Notes: a model not told the origin generated them from the sequence alone. A stretch of DNA of 43,807 nt, filler included, from Jimgerdemannia flammicorona (GCA_003990765.1; 2 parts of 2 records of this genome joined end to end with filler, not necessarily neighbours in it); one strand, 5' to 3'. Shown: positions 1 through 13,568, counted from the first letter of the whole stretch. A program made the numbers and translations.

Positions 1-36
1 CTGTCTAGCTTCTATATAATACACAGTGCCCCACCC

Positions 37-3000
37 CTACCCAATCCCCCTAGGGACTCCTCCCCTCCTCCCCCCACTCCCCTCCCCTACCCCTTCTCAA
101 TGAAAGACCACTTTGTCAAACACCATCTCCACCTGCCCACCACTCTGTTTACAGATCCCTTCCACCAGATGGCGATGTTGCCCACCTTGTGGACCCCATC
201 CAACCCACCACCCCATCAGCAGATTGACCACTAACTCCTCTCATCTCAACAACTTCTCCTGAATTCCTATCTGCTGCCCCTCCTTAAAAACAAAGAGCCA
301 ATGTCCAGCCAACCCCATCCACACTGCTACAACCCACCCTACAGTAAGCCACCTATTGCCAACACCTCCCACAAGTCTATATTCCAGATTTTCCCAGCAA
401 CCTCACTCCCCATCTGGCCTCCTTTCAACCCCTAGCCAGTCCCCTACAGCTATCCAAAAGTCCCCCAGTACCTCACACTCCCCCAGCCAATGTTCTGGTG
501 TTTGCACAAATCCCCCAACTTGCCCAACATTAAAACACTCCTCACAATCCAGCTGACCACCATCCACCAGATGCCCAGCACGGAAGTTCAACATAACATT
601 TCTCTGCAACATTTGCCACCACACTACCCAGAACTTGGGAGGAAGCCACCACTGCACCTCCATACTCCAAGACCAGATCTCTGTCCAGTCCTACTCCTCA
701 CCAATCCTTACCACCTGCCAACCACTCAGCCAAAGATCCTGGCCAATTCACTGCTGATACTCCACTCCATCTCCCATGTCAAACTCAGTAAGTAGAACTC
801 CCCCTAGAAGCAGACAGTCCCATCTCCACATAGCTGGATCCCATACCACCTCTCTCTCATTGCCACACTAGCACAAGCCTCCCCATCAACCACTCTCCAC
901 CAGAAGCCCCTATACCATAGCTGTCAGCTTCTATTCAGACCCACCAAAGAGAGTAGATCCCCTGAGGACCCCTGGGGGGAGACTCTCATCTCCCACACCT
1001 TCTTCATCAGTGGTACCCAACCTCCACCCTATAGCTCAACAGCCCTTCTCAACCACCAAGCTCACAGGCAGTATAGGTGCTTAGGGAAATCAACAAGGCC
1101 CAGGCCTCCCTTCAGCACTGGCTCAACAAGGGTATCCCAACTAATCTGGGCCCTTCTACCTGCCCAAATCCAATCCCTAGCCAGTTTCATCAGCCTCTTC
1201 ACCACCTAAGCAGGAAAGTCTAAGTGGTGTACTACATACCACAGCTTGGGGAACCAGTATGTATTCAGAATTGCCACCTGCCCTGCCAGAGAGATGTGAT
1301 GACCCCCCCAACCTTTTAGAGCCTCCCCCCAGATGTTCACCCTCCTCTCCCACCATATCTGTGGTAGGACTGATCCATATACAGAGAGGAAGATACCTAG
1401 ATACCTCACCACCTCTCCTGTGGGGACAATTGTTCCAATAACATCCCCTCCCACTAACCCATTCCCCAGCACCATCATCTCACACTTATACCAGTTGAGC
1501 TTTGCTCCAGAGTGTGTCTCATACCACTCCACTATTTTCCGAAGAGCCTCTACATCCACTACTGATCCAAGTCCAACTACCATATCATCCACAAAGACCC
1601 CCACCTTCCACTCCATGTTATACACAGAGAGTCCAGTCACCCTCTTACAGATCCTGTCCATCAAAGGTTCCAAGGAGAGTGCATAAAGAATAGGAGACAG
1701 CAGGTCCCCTTGAGGGACTCCTCTCCCCAAGGGGAATGCCAAACCCCTATGACCATTATACATTAGTGCCGCTCTACTTCCTTCTAACAAACTCAACATA
1801 GAGGCCCAAAACTGTGGCAGAATACTAATTCTGTCCAGTACCTTGCCCAGCCAAACCTGCTGAACATGGTCGTAGGCCTTCTCTTGGTCCAAAAAAACCA
1901 GTCTACCATCCAGTCCACAGACCCGGGCTCCTTCAATGATGCCATGCACCCAGGCAGTTCCATCTCTGATAAGTCTATCTCCTACAAAGCTCCGCTGCTC
2001 CTCACCCAGTACTTGTTGAGCAACCTTCTGTAGCCTTGCAACAATCACCTTAGTCACCAACTTCTGATCCATATCCAGAAGCATGATTGGCCTCCAGTTC
2101 TTCCAATCCTCATGCCAGCCCTTGTCTTTGTACAATAGGGCCACCAGCCCTAAGTTCTGCTCTCCAACCCATATACCATTTAGAAGAACATAGTCACAAA
2201 GGGCCACCATCTCTCCCAGTATCCCAGGGATTTTCACCATCTTCTTCCAGAAGTCCCATGGTAATCCATCCTCCCCTGGTGCTGTCCTAAGTTTAGTCGC
2301 TGCCAGGACTCCTTGGATCTCCTCCTCCTGGACTGGTAAGATCAAGTCACCTAGCCCCTCTACCCATGGCAGCTCCCACTCCTCCAGTGTATCACCAATC
2401 ACCTCTACATCAGTACCCCCTTCTTTCTCACTCCACAGACCCCGCCAATTCTCCTTCAATACTCCCAGGATCTGCTGCATACCATGCACCAACTCTCCCT
2501 CAGCATCTAAGATCCCATCCCACCGATGTCTCACCTGCCTGGCTTTGAGGAGTCTAGACAAGTACCTAGTAGGCCGCTCCCCCTCCTCAAGCCCCTGCCA
2601 TCTTATCCTGGCTGCCATTCCTTGCATATGAGTCTCCTCCTCCTCTCTCAACACCTGTTGCAGTTCTACAACTTCCAATTTCGCCCTCTCTAACCTCCAA
2701 TCCTTCATCTCATCAGACATAAGCAAATCCATCCACTCCAACTGCAATCTCCTCAGCCTATTTGAAGCACACTGTATTTGCCTCCTCCTCCATCTCCCTG
2801 CCTCTCTACCAGCTCCACTCCAATAGACCCTCGCAGCCTCCTTCAATCTCATCCAACAGACACCCACAGACAAACCCTCCCGCCACCAAAGTGGAATCTT
2901 TGCCTGGACATCCTCCACCCATGAATCCCACAACCCCTTCTCAGCCAGCAGGGAGGAGTTAAGATGCTAATGTCTGGGTCCATCTCCACTCCCCCCAAAC

Positions 3001-3712
3001 TGCCCCTGCCCAAACAGTCTCCAGTGATCAGACCACAGGCACCACACCACCTCCAAAGTCTTCCAGACATCAGCACCCCAACATTCAGCTATCAGAATCC
3101 AGTCAATCCTTGTCCCTAAACCATTCACCCAGTGCATTTAGATCCTGGAGTTGCCCCACCATGTTCGGCCCATATCCCCTAAGGAGCTAAGGTTTTCCAC
3201 CTCCTTCCATACCTCTAGACTGCTACTTCTCCCACCTGCATTCCTCCCTCCATCAGTCCTATCCAGCTACAAATCTCGAACTATATTAAAATCACCACCA
3301 AGAATATTGACCCCTTCCTCCAAGAGAACACCCTCCTCCAGTAGCTCCTTAGTCTACACAATCCTCTCTCCCCTAGCCACCGGGCAGTAACAAGAGCCCA
3401 CCCTCACTGATTCCCACCCTGGCCAGTGCCATTCACCCCAGACCAAGCAATTTCCCTAGCTCTTGATTCCCTCCAAATCTCTTCTATCCTTCCTTACCAG
3501 AATTGCCACCTTTCCAAACCAAGTGGTAGCCCCACTCCATTCCCTAGTCCAATCTACCAGATCATTCTCATCCTCACACTGTACATCCTGCAGTAAAAAG
3601 AGATCAGTCTCCAATCTCTTTAGCTATGTAAAAATATTCTTATGCCGCCCAGATCCTTGAAGGCCATTCACATTGAGAGAGAAAATATTAGTTGTACTAT
3701 TTATGAGAAATA
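37..3712 (-). pseudogene. LINE-A ORF2 (endonuclease-reverse transcriptase-zinc finger) with premature stops
   Basis: ORF 1206-2933 has APGEDGLP, NWRPIMLLD, FLDQEKAYD, GVPQGDLLSPILY, FVDD and RYLGI. ORF 403-663 has CEEC...EHWLGEC. EN motifs SLNVNG, LGGDFN and TRID are readable on the minus strand at 3100-3690. Confidence 0.9.
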
Positions 3713-3739
3713 TTGTTAAAGATTAAACCTCTCCTCTAC

Positions 3740-5765
3740 AAATCTGCACTCAAGTCCTCCTGTGCCAAATCCAAGATGTATTCTGCAGCCAGTTCCTTCT
3801 TCTCAGCTCCCTGTATCTCCAACCCCTCCAGAAGTTCAACCATTGCCCCATCCTCTTTCTCCTCAAAGTCCTCCTGATACTCTCCACAGGCCTCCTGCCA
3901 GAACTACAGACCATGGCGTTCCACCCAACAATAGGCAGCCCGCTCACCAGCGACAACCACCAGCTCTGCCTTCCTCACCTCATCCACCTCATAACCCTCG
4001 TCCTCTAGTAATATTGTAAGAATCTCCATCTTCAACACCTCTGCCACTCCATCACCTCACAGAATCTGTGCTCAGTGCTCCTCCAGCATGACCCTCAGAT
4101 CCACTTCCCCCAATACCTCAGCCACAAGGTTATCTATCACCTTGCTCATCCACAGCAGATTCCCAATCTCCTTCCCTCCAGGGGTCCCCAGCCACCCTGC
4201 ATCCAGCATCATAGTATCAGTACCTACACTGGTATCCTCATTCCACTCCTCCTCTGGGACATCCACCAGCTCATCCTCACCAACCACCACCACCTGGCCC
4301 CCTTTTGCCATATCTGGGACCCCAAAGGTAACTCGCTGGGCCCCCTGCATCAGTACATCTTCTGCTGCCCCTCTCTGCCCCACCGGGCCCCTCCTGACAA
4401 GTGGGGGGGGGGGGTGCTCTCCAACTCCTCCTCCCAGACCTCAAAAGTACCATCAGCATAGAGATCTCTGCCCAGCACCTTCGCAGCTCATTCTTCCATC
4501 ACCACTGGCTCCTTTCCGGCTTCGCCAGCCCATACACTGGCTTCAATGCCTCCAGACCCCTCAGCCCCATCTACCTTCCTCTTCTCTCCTCCTATCATAC
4601 TCACCAAGAGCTCCCTCTGCCTCAAGCACCCCTGGGCCCGCTCCCACTGCCTCTTGTCAGTGTGGATACACTTCCCCTCTACAATCTCCAGGTGCATCGA
4701 CTCCTCATAGAGCTTCCAGGCCTTTGCCTGCTGTTCCACCGCACCACTCATCTCCTTCAATGCTTCTAACAAATCCTCCTCCTCCTCCTCACTCCCCTTT
4801 ACCCTCAACACCTTACAAATAAAAGCCCCCCACATCAACACTGAGGGCCAGTTACCCACCTTCCCCATGGCCTCCCTCCCTGCTAGCCAAATCCTGATAT
4901 CCACATTGCCTGTCCTAATCGTCATCCCCTCCCACACCTGGAAGCCAATATCCACCACATTCCCATACTCCACCATCACCTCCTCTATCCTCCTCCTCAT
5001 CTCCTCCTTCATCACTGTGGGCACCCCCTTCACCAGCAGCTGTACCACCCTGGGGTCCCACCTCAAATAGCGCACCATAGGGACCACTACCTCCTCAACT
5101 GCTACTCCAGCCCTCAGCATCTCTTCCAGTGGGCCTGCCTCCTCAAAGCCCACCTCAACTCCCTCCAGACCCTTCAGGAATTTCACTGAAGCTGTCCCAG
5201 CCACCTGCTTCAAGATAAGCCCCAAGACCATCCTTGCCATCATCCCTAAGCCTTGGAAGTATAGTGTCACTACAAACTCTGAGATTGATTTCTTGAGTAA
5301 TGGCGCCACTGCCAGCTTTGTTATACCATTGGCCAGATCCCCCTTCTGCATTGGAAACCCCTGCCCTGCTCTACCATTAGCCATCACATCTCTTATTTTT
5401 TCCTGATCCCTGGTCACACCCCCATCAACAGTTACACCCCCAGCCATAGCACTACCAGCCCCTATGCTCACTGCTCCCCCCTGAGGGCCACTCCCCCTTC
5501 TGACACTAGCCTTGCCCTTCTCCTCAGCAATGCCAGCCCTCGTCCCAGTAGGCCATCCACCCTCCTTCACTTTGTCAGCAAAGCTGGAGGGACCAGACCT
5601 TCCTCCAGATCCACCAGACACTTGTCTACCTCCGGAGTCTTCTCCCACCTTCAACCCTCCAAAAGCCCCCATCCCCAGTCCATAACCTCTCTCCACCTTC
5701 TGCCAGCTGAAAGCCCCAGGTCCACCTGACCCAGCATGCCCATCAGAACTCTTGCTCAATGACAT
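3740..5765 (-). pseudogene. LINE-A ORF1 (Gly-rich N-terminus, RRM-like core), frameshifted at poly-G ~4402-4414
   Basis: 425-aa ORF 4488-5765 plus downstream fragments 4072-4383 and 3750-3956, lying directly upstream of ORF2. Homologous ORF1s occur at ~25450-27480 and 34929-35830. Confidence 0.78.
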
Positions 5766-5852
5766 TCTTATAATACCTTTTCTCCAAGTTGTGTCAAAAA
5801 CTGTTGCTTGAAGTTTTGTATAATGTGAATTATACAGGAGAAAGGTGTCAAT

Positions 5853-6540
5853 TGTGGGAAGGTTCTATCTGTGGTTTCAATGTACTCAAGGTACTTATAG
5901 TTGAGTTCTTGTATCATGTCATTGATTTGGCCATAGGATAGGGTAGCAATCATTTCGCTGGTAGTAACTCAAAGATGGGGAATAAAGGTGCTATACTCAT
6001 AAAAGAGTTCTCTGTGTTTATGGGCAATGAGTTTCTGGTGTTGGGACATCTGGGTAATATCTGTATCATGATGGTGTTCAACCATATCTTCCAGGAGGCA
6101 GCCAATCTGATAGTAGCTTGAGATTTGTCTGATCTGGTGGGCCTCATTAAGTATGTTCAGGGTATTTCATTGGGCTTCCACAAAGTAAAGGGGTGCTAAG
6201 CTATGGATATTCATGAGGGGTAGAGGGGGTGTAGCTTGGTTTACAATGGCATTCCAAATGTCAGCACAGATGTGGTTGTAGATCTCAGTGGTCATATTGT
6301 ATATTTAGAAGTTGTGGTTGTTATTTGTTTTGGTTCTCTGTTTCAATGCATCTCGGTGCTCAGTATATATTGATTGGTAAGATTTCATTTATATGAATCT
6401 TGTGTTCTGTAACTTCATATTGACTCAGCTTCATGATTGAGTAGGTGATTTCCAGATTTGTTCAGAGGTTGCATGTGATTTTGGTGGCTTGTTCAGAGGG
6501 TGACATGTGATTTTAGTGGCTTAAAGGTTGTGCACTTACA
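5853..6540 (-). repeat. Gypsy-1 3' LTR, partial (interrupted by LINE-A)
   Basis: Colinear with 14447-15175. Begins TGTAAGTGCAC on the minus strand, immediately after the PPT. Confidence 0.92.
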
Positions 6541-6554
6541 ACTCTTCCCTTCTT
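6541..6554 (-). other. Polypurine tract of Gypsy-1
   Basis: Minus strand AAGAAGGGAAGAGT directly precedes the TGTAAG LTR start. Confidence 0.85.
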
Positions 6555-6969
6555 AGCTTTCAACATCCTCGTTGGGGCCTTCTAATTTTGCTCTAGTGTT
6601 GTTATACTGTTTGGAAGATCAAAAGTCCAGTAAAGTCTTTTTTTTCAGAAAGTGGCATGCTTGTAGTACAGTTGCCTAACATATTGGATTTATACATTAA
6701 AGGGTTGTATGTTCAATACTGTGTGCCAGAAGTGATTCTGACATTATTCACTGCTGGAGAATTTCCTCTAAGGAATCTTCTTAAATATCTATACCTTGTT
6801 TCCCACCAGTGGTATGGGGAGAATAGGCTGGCTTTTAGTTTTGCTATTTTTCTAGAGAGTCAGTATTCTTGGCTTGCTGCATTATTGGTTTTGTTCATGA
6901 TAATTATAATGTTCAGAAGAGTAATACATATATAGTATGTACTGATGGTATTGGAGTATTTGGATTTCA

Positions 6970-9900
6970 GTTGTTCAAGGAATCATATTCCTGAACTAAG
7001 TTGGTAGCATTCTGGAGATTGGTCTTGGGTTTCCAGGTTGCATCATGGATCAGGTAACCTTTCCATTTGACAAGATATTCTGGGTGGTTCTTGTGGCCAT
7101 ATTTGTTGAGGATCTGTTCAACTTCATACTCTTCTTGATCATTAATAATGACAGATGCAGGTGGTTCCGTGGTTCAGTTTGGGAATAGTTCATCATCATT
7201 TTCATTGTATCACTTGAGACATTGAACATTAAAGACTGAGTAAATCTTAATGGTATCTGGTAGTGCCAATTTGTAGGAAGTGGGAGAGACTTGTACAATG
7301 ACTTTGAATGGTCCAATGAACTTGCTGTTCAGCTTCATAGATGGTCTGTGCTTCAGGTTGTCTACTCGATACCCTCAGATGTCTAGTAGAACTTTTTCTC
7401 CAATGTTAAAGGTTTCTTCTCAGCAGTGTTGGTTAATATACTGTGACTGTTGTTCTTGAGCTCATGATAAATTCTCAATTGTGATCTGGCTCAGATTACA
7501 CATTTGGAGTAGGAATTCTTCAACAGCTTTGACTGTGGAGGGTTCTTCAGTAGTTCGGATAAGTATCAAAGGGGTGTTTGGGTTTTGTCCAATATTGGCG
7601 AAGAATGGGGTCATTCCCAGGGAGGCTTACTTGCTGTTATTATAGGCAAACTCAACTGCAGTCAGGTGTTCATGCCAATCATCTTGTCTGTAGGAAACAT
7701 AGTTCCTTAGCATTTGTTCTAGAGTTTGGTTCATTCTTTCAGTTTGGCCATCAGTTTCTGGGTGAAAGGCTGTGGATAGTACAAGTTTTATTCCAAGGTG
7801 TGCATAGAGGGCTTTCCAAAAATGGCTGGTGAATTTCGGGTCTCAGTCACTAACAATGATCTTAAGAAGACTATGATAGCAGAAGATGTTATCAAATAAG
7901 AGTGTGGCTATGTCTGGTGTTGTTGTAGTAGTAATAGTAGATACAAAGTGGACTTGTTTGCTGAGATAATCCACAAAGACAACAATTGCATCTTTCCCAT
8001 TTTTGGTTTGGGGTAGTTGTACAATGAAGTCCATAGAGATTTGTTCCCAATTACTGGAATAGGGTGGAGTAAGCCAGGTTTTGCTAGTGTTGAGGACTTA
8101 TTCCATTGACAGGCATTACAGGAAGTAATGTAGGTCTTGAACTGGTCTGCTATGCAGAGCCAATAGAAGTTTCAGGAGATAACTTTGTAACATTTATTAA
8201 ATCCTACATGTCCAGCTGTAGGGGCATCATGACATTCAAATAAGATAGTCCTTCAGAGGTCTTGGTTGTTTGGGACATATAGTCTGTCCTTGTAGTAGAT
8301 AGCATTGTCCTTCAGTTGGTATTGATGATACTGTATATGCTTGTCAGCATCATTACTGTTCAGGATTTCTTAGAGTACTTGAGCTTCCTTATCATCAGTA
8401 CATGCTGTGATAATTTGTTCCATGATGGAGTTTGTAACCAAGGTGAGGGTTTGGATAGCTTCTTCAATTGGTGGCCTAGAGATTGCATCAGCTACAATGT
8501 TTTTCTTGCCAGGGTGATACTGGATTTTATAGTCAAAGTTGGTGAGAACTTTTATCCATCTGGCTTGCTTTTGAGAAAGGGTAGCCTGTGTCTTGATATT
8601 GACTAGTGACTTGTTGTCAGTCAATATAGTAAAGTGTGCTCCTTCTAGATATGGTTGCCATTTGATCAGAGTGTCTATGATGGCTAGCATTTCCTTCTCA
8701 TGGGTTGTATAGTTAACTTCAGCATTATTGAACTTGCAGGAGTGGTAGGCCACAGGATGTCCTTCTTATATGAGTACTGCTCTAAGAGCTAGGTCAGAGG
8801 CATCAGTAGTAACTTCATATGGTAGGGCAGAATTTGCCACTTGAAGTACTGGAGTGGTTATCAGGGTATCTTTTAGTGCTTGAAAGGTAGTATCTTGCTC
8901 AGATCCCCAATTTACAAGATTGTTGAAGTCTTTCTCTTATTTTGTGGTCCAGGGTTGTTCTTGTTTCTTACTGTGCTTGGTCATTTGAGTGAGGGTGGTA
9001 GCAATTTTAGCAAAGTTGGCAACAAATTGCCTGTAATAGTTTGCTAATCCCAGGAATGACTGGAGGTCTTTCAGCTTCTTGGGTCTGGGCTAATCTTTGA
9101 TTGTAGAGATTTTGCTGGAGTCCACTTTAATTCCATTTGACATGACAATGTGTCCAAGGAATTGAATTTCTTTCAGGAGAAATTTGCACTTGCTGAGTTT
9201 TGCAAAGAGTCGGTTTTCTCAGAGTTTCAGTAGTACTAGTTCAAAGTATTTGAGATGTTTCTCCAGGGTTTTACTGAAGACTAGGATGTTGTCAATGTAG
9301 ACAACAATGAATTTGTCTAGATATGGATGCAGAATGGTATTCATCAGTATCTGGAAGGTTGCTGGAGCATTAGTTAAGCCAAAGGGCATAACCAGGAACT
9401 CGAAGTGTCTATAGCAAGTTCAGAAAGCTGTCTTGTAGATGTCTTCTTCTTTCATAGCAATTTGCCAATAACCATTTTGCAGATCGAAAGAGCTCATGAA
9501 TTGTGGGTTGGTGAGTCTATCAAATATTTCATCGATCCTCAGTAGTGGGCAATAGTTCTTGATGGTCTGTTCATTGAGGTCATGGTAATCAATGCACATT
9601 CTCAGGTCTCCTCCTTTCTTTATAACAAAGAGGACTAGTGCACCATAGGGTGATATACTAGGTCTGATGAATCCTTGTTCTAGGAGTTTGTCGATTTCTT
9701 TCTTGAGTGCATTGATTTCTCTTGGAGATATGTGGAAGATTGACTTGAAGGCTGGCTTGGTATCTGGAATAGTCTTGATTGCATGGTCTACTGCTTGTTT
9801 AGGAGGTAGGCCTTTTGGGAGCTTCTTCAGGAATATGTCTTGGAATTTCTAGAGTAGTGGTCTGACATAGCTGTCAACTTTGGAAAAGTCTTCTTCAGGG

Positions 9901-12900
9901 TTTTTGGGTTCTCCTTTGGATGGGTGGATGGAGATGGCAAAGAGAGGGCATTTCTTGGCTAATTTCTTGAGTTGTAGCTTGTTGATGTGAGTGATCTTTA
10001 GTCCAGGGTCACTAGAATTGAGTAGGTCTTTTTTGCCTTGTAGTTTGAAGTTATGGTGTCCTTTCTTGATGGTCAGAGAATGGTTTATCCAATCAATCAT
10101 GGGGTTCTCTTATTTCAACCATGGGGTTCCAAGGATGATTTCATTGTTAGGGAGTGGTATGATCTGGAGGGTAATATGTACTTGGTAGTCTCTAATTCGG
10201 AAGGGTAGATTGCAGACTTCTTTGCTAATAACATGTGAGGTTCCATCAGCTGTGGTAACTGCTTGAGTTTGTTTTACTGGAGAGGTGAAGACCTTGAGTC
10301 TATTGGCTGTTTCTTTATTAATGAAGTTGCCTGAGGCACCACTGTCTATCATAATCTTGACAGGTGCTCAGTTGACAAAAGCTTTAAGTATAAGTAGTTT
10401 GTCTGATCCAATGGTGGTGATTTTAGTTGTAGGAGCTTTCCTTCTATTGGTTCTTCTTTGTGCCAGTTCGTTGACACAAGAGAAGCAATCATCAATCATT
10501 TGGGAAGAGTACATTTCAATGCCATGAGGGCATCGGCCACTTGGTACATATCTGTCTTCGATCTTCTTATAGAATTATTCTTCTCTGCTCATGGTAGGTT
10601 GGACTGGGGCCTTGTTCAATGAGCCAAATCCTTTGGATCCTCAGATGGTAGGTAGTAGTTCAGGGACTTCCTTGACTGTCAGGGTTGACTCAATTTTTTT
10701 GAATAGGATCTGGGTGATACAGAAACCTATAGATATCTTGAAGGGTGTCCAACTATGGTTTCAGATGAGGACAATAATTTCATCTGTATAATCCTCATCA
10801 ATGACTCCTCCTTCTACTGAGGGTCCCTTCAATGCTAGGCTGCTGCGACAGCATATTCTTCCAACATATCCTTCAGGAATTTGGATACTGATTCCTGTAT
10901 AGACTTGCTTGACTTCTCAGTTGGAAACTGTAGCTTCTTCAGCTGCATACAGGTCATATCCAGCTGCTTTTTGACTTCCTTTGGTTGGGGCCTTAGCAGT
11001 TTGTTTTAACTTGACAAAGTCCAGTGTTCTGGTGGTCAGGTTATTGAGGTGGTGCAGAGTGGTAACAGTTGCTCATGTTGCTGTTCGGGGTTTTCAGTTG
11101 GGGCAGGCACTGGCCATGTGCCCTGTCTTTCAGCAATAGAAGTATGCTCTGCTTCTTCGAAGTTCATTTCTTTCACCTTCAGTGAGTTTCTTGAAGGTAC
11201 TTGGCTGGATAGATTCATGATTTCTGGGTGTCCATGAGGTGGATGTGGAGGGAGCTCAGAATGCTTCATACTTGGGTTCTTCTTTCTTAGTCCAAGTCTT
11301 TTCCTTATTGTTGAATTGTCTTCAGGGCAGAATTGGTCTAGCTGTTAAGATTTACTTGACCATAGTCTTGATTCTTGCCAGGCACTATTGTTGGTAATCA
11401 CAACCAACTGGGCAGTCTTGTTCTCGGGTTTTTCTAGTAAGCCATTTAGGCAGGGCATTGAATAAATGGTCTGCTCTTGTACCATTTCATGCTTCATCAT
11501 TGGTGATATATTCTAGACCAACAGTGTTCAGGAGTGACTTGAGTTTTATACAGAAGGTTTCAAATTCTTCTTTGCCATATACATCAAATTTGAGGTTGTG
11601 GAGTTTTACTCGAGATTCGGCAATCATGGTTTCACTGTGGTATTGAGCAATTATGAGTTGTTTGAGTCCAGGGGCCACAGGGTGGGCTCCATATCCTGAG
11701 GTATTATTTGCTATATTCTGTGCAACTACTGTAGGTCGGGTGTCCCATGTGAGGGGTTTTTCAGGAAGGGTTTGCCACCATTCTTCAGCAGGTCCTTGGA
11801 AGAATGTAACAACTTGGCAGACATAGGCTGTAGTAGTAGCAAAGAGTTGTTCCAGAGTGTGGTCTTGATTGTTTGTCAGAACATGGTCAGCAACTTGCTC
11901 ATTGGTCTATTGATTGGCTTTGAAGTTAGTGTCTACTATACTAATGAAGCTTTGGACTTCTTGTATAGTACCATTGAAGGTAGGTAGACTCAGATTTTTG
12001 GTAGGTCAGGTCTGTTCAGCTAGGGCAGTAATGATTGCTGCCATTATCACTACCTGGGCTGTGAGGTCTAGAATCTGTTGGTTCACCATGTTATTTACTG
12101 GAGATGGTTGGACTGCTGGTAGTGGTGTTACTGGTACTACTTGAGGTACTGGTGCAGAGTGTGAGGGTGTTTTTTGAGTCTGTGTAAGTTATTGGAGTAG
12201 TAGTTGTGGGTCTGGAGTAAGGGCTTGATAGATAGCTGTTTGTTGCTATATAGCTGTATTCTGTCCTGATAGAAGTACGTCTCCTTCGATAGTGTATCTG
12301 GGATCGAATTTACTGAGATACTCCTCCTCTTCTTCAGTTTGGTCTCCATGTAATTGGGTTTGCTTGGTGTCAAAGTAGACAGAATCAGTTGTATATCTGA
12401 TTTCAGATGGACTTAATTCAAAGTCAAGTTCAGGTTCAGTATTGGTTTAGGATTCAGGTAGGGCTGTAGCAGAGCCTGCTTCTAGTTCAGGGCCAGGTAG
12501 TTGATGAAGGGTTTCTCTTGCTTCTTCTTTAAGAATATAGCAGGCCTTGCTGTTCTAGAATCAGTAGTATAATGTAGTCTTGGTCCTGGTGCAGTGAAAA
12601 TTGGTAGAGTTGAGCCACTTAGCTATAGAGGCTTGGGCTTCATGAGGAACTAAGGCTAGAAAGACTGCTGATGGTTGTCCTAGGTCACTCAGATTTATAG
12701 AGCTGACAAAACTCTTGTTGAGAAGAGTAAAGAAGGCTTCAATAAGACCTTCTTCATCTTGACTTGTTGGGTGTAGAGCAAGGAGTTTGGTGAATAGGGT
12801 TTCACCTATTTGCTGATTTAACTGAAGTATTTCTTTCTTCAAATGAAGTTTGTCCCACTTGTTGCAGGTATGGAGGTCAAATTGTTCTTGTATGTCAGGT

Positions 12901-13013
12901 TCAATTCTCTCCAGATTATCAGATGGTTCAGGATAAATTCCAGTTCAGAGGTTGGGCTTTATACTAACTTATAGGAATTTGCAGAGGGGTTTTATAGTGG
13001 GATGAGGAAGCAT
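6970..13013 (-). pseudogene. Gypsy-1 gag-dUTPase-protease-RT-RNaseH-integrase-chromodomain polyprotein, many stops
   Basis: ATG at 13013; degenerate knuckle YFYC*KTGHMASAC ~11100-11145; IDSGASGNF (10110-10352); MCIDY and YIDNILVFS in RT; NYTTHEKEMLAI and NIVADAISR (8370-8753); MDFIVQLP (7843-8034); chromodomain YEVEQIL..YLVKWKGY..ATW at ~6990-7135. Confidence 0.88.
10620..11030 (-). pseudogene. dut: dUTPase domain of Gypsy-1, between gag and protease
   Basis: Manual translation gives LDFVKL..AKAPTKGSQKAAGYDL..TGISIQIPEGYVGRICCRSSLA..GGVIDEDYTDEI..ITQIL..GSKGFGS, covering all five trimeric dUTPase motifs. Confidence 0.9.
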
Positions 13014-13037
13014 CTTGAAGCGGAATTGGATTATAAA

Positions 13038-13049
13038 CCACTGCTACCA
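13038..13049 (-). other. Primer-binding site of Gypsy-1 (initiator tRNA-Met type)
   Basis: TGGTAGCAGTGG, 3 nt inside the 5' LTR end. Identical to the Gypsy-2 PBS. Confidence 0.8.
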
Positions 13050-13495
13050 AGTTATAAGAGGATTGCTTTTTAGGGTAACTGTTACATAGTTCTAGAAGGG
13101 TTTTCTAGAAGTTCTGGATGTTCTGGAAGACTATTTTCTTATGGTCAAGATCAATTTCATATAGAGTACATCCTCTATACTTATTGATTTCAAGATCAGG
13201 TTAATGTCTCAACCAAAGTCCCCTTTTGGACTAGTTCTGGATGTTCAGGATTTTCCATATTTCAGGAAGTTCAAGAAACTAAAACCAGTTTAGTTGAATT
13301 GGCATATTGCTGCAGACAATACCCAATTAGGAAATTTTGTGATAGGGTTAGGAGTGGGACCTAATGGAGAGCGGATTTACTTAAAAGTAGTTTGTGGGTT
13401 ATTAAATAGATTTATTTGCTATTTATGATATTGCTATACTAGGAGTAGTTGTATCAAGGTATATTGTGGGAAAGTGCTCAGGAGTTGTGTTTGGA

Positions 13496-13568
13496 TTGTT
13501 CAAGTCTGTTCAAGTCTGTTCAAGTCTGTTCAAGTCTGTTTAAGTCTATTTAAGTCTATTTAAGTCTG
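13496..13568. repeat. 10-bp tandem repeat (GTTCAAGTCT variants, ~7 copies) inside the Gypsy-1 LTR
   Basis: Directly visible: gttcaagtct/gtttaagtct/atttaagtct units. Confidence 0.9.

Larger units (their letters stand above)
1..5852 (-). mobile_element. L1/Tx1-like non-LTR retrotransposon (LINE-A), near full length, decayed; inserted into the 3' LTR of Gypsy-1
   Basis: ORF1 (from 5765) is followed by ORF2 with an APE endonuclease start (IFSLNVNGL at ~3660-3690), RT motifs and a C-terminal CxxC..HxxxxC finger. The 5' end abuts LTR sequence at 5853. The 3' tail lies outside the window. Confidence 0.92.

Noticed and set aside
356..5070. Numerous Pro/Ser-rich plus-strand ORFs (e.g. 4088-4822)
   Set aside because: Antisense shadows of G-rich LINE-A coding sequence.
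5768..5953. 61-aa ORF directly upstream of LINE-A ORF1
   Set aside because: Chance read-through from the interrupted LTR ORF into the LINE 5' UTR.
6657..6935. Hydrophobic ORF between chromodomain and PPT as an env-like gene
   Set aside because: Antisense, short and in decayed sequence, with no signal peptide, furin site or fusion-protein pattern.
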